Below, one piece after another: positions 31,854 to 32,000 of a DNA stretch of 32,000 nt. Made by a program: the position numbers and the translations under genes. Positions within the stretch are counted from its first letter, which is position 1. Each line of letters starts with the position of its first letter. The stretch comes from Bifidobacterium longum subsp. longum JCM 1217 (GTDB lineage Bacteria; Actinomycetota; Actinomycetes; Actinomycetales; Bifidobacteriaceae): the NCBI RefSeq assembly GCF_000196555.1, contig NC_015067.1:2010001-2042000 (forward strand), read 5' to 3'. The notes below the pieces were generated by a model that ran no database searches, had not been told where the DNA came from, and saw only the letters and a list, made by a program, of their open reading frames with translations.

Positions 31854-32000
31854 CTAGCGCATCTCGCGACGCACTCGCGCTACGATCACACCAGTGAGAG
31901 CCAAGCAAGCGACAATCACAGCACCAGGCAAGACAGAGGAACCGGTTTGTGCCAAATCCACGCCATCCGTGTCATCAACGGCATCGGAAGCATTGTCATT
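31854..32000 (-). CDS. C-terminal end of a second sortase-anchored surface protein (partial; continues beyond the window)
   Basis: Hand translation gives ...NDNASDAVDDTDGVDLAQTGSSVLPGAVIVACLALTGVIVARVRREMR*. This has an LAQTG motif, a hydrophobic helix and a basic tail. The stop TAG is the complement of 31854-31856. Confidence 0.7.
   Translation of the reverse strand, partial: NDNASDAVDDTDGVDLAQTGSSVLPGAVIVACLALTGVIVARVRREMR

Overview
High-GC actinobacterial chromosome segment. Gene content and synteny look Bifidobacterium-like, which is an inference from protein sequences read by eye with no database search. Most of the window is core housekeeping. It holds tRNA-Ser, an EamA transporter, dinB, a dapC-like aminotransferase with fdxA, an APC amino-acid permease, murB, rpmG preceded by tRNA-Tyr/Thr/Met, and solo groES behind a perfect CIRCE operator. 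It also holds a conserved actinobacterial block (SepX/GlpR-like membrane protein, RimJ-like GNAT, 5-formyl-THF cyclo-ligase, FmdB zinc ribbon, SAF protein), rplJ-rplL, an alpha/beta hydrolase, an NCS2 purine permease, and pnp-rpsO. The right end (from about 28.2 kb) drops visibly in G+C and carries a sortase-anchored multidomain GH43 glycosidase plus the C-terminus of a second anchored protein, so it looks like an accessory glycan-utilisation region. No transposase, integrase, CRISPR array or rRNA was seen. The best candidate for an undescribed system is a tightly coupled minus-strand operon at 14326-19708. It encodes an N-terminal FHA protein, then a 1211-aa DUF4011-type SF1-helicase-like protein whose ATPase/helicase motifs all appear degenerate and which ends in a DUF559/Vsr-like nuclease fold, then a 66-aa highly charged protein. 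Other items worth a second look are listed here. (1) A 2 x 63-bp self-complementary element between rpmG and murB. (2) A cluster of long perfect hairpins sharing a GCCGAC/GTCGGC core in a 670-bp gene-free gap. (3) A palindromic TATATA that could serve as a shared -10 for divergent promoters at the tRNA operon. (4) A decayed Cys/Met PLP-enzyme gene. (5) A roughly 184-aa Arg/Asp-rich tandem-repeat tail on PNPase. Many long antisense ORFs in the supplied track are judged to be high-GC shadow ORFs.
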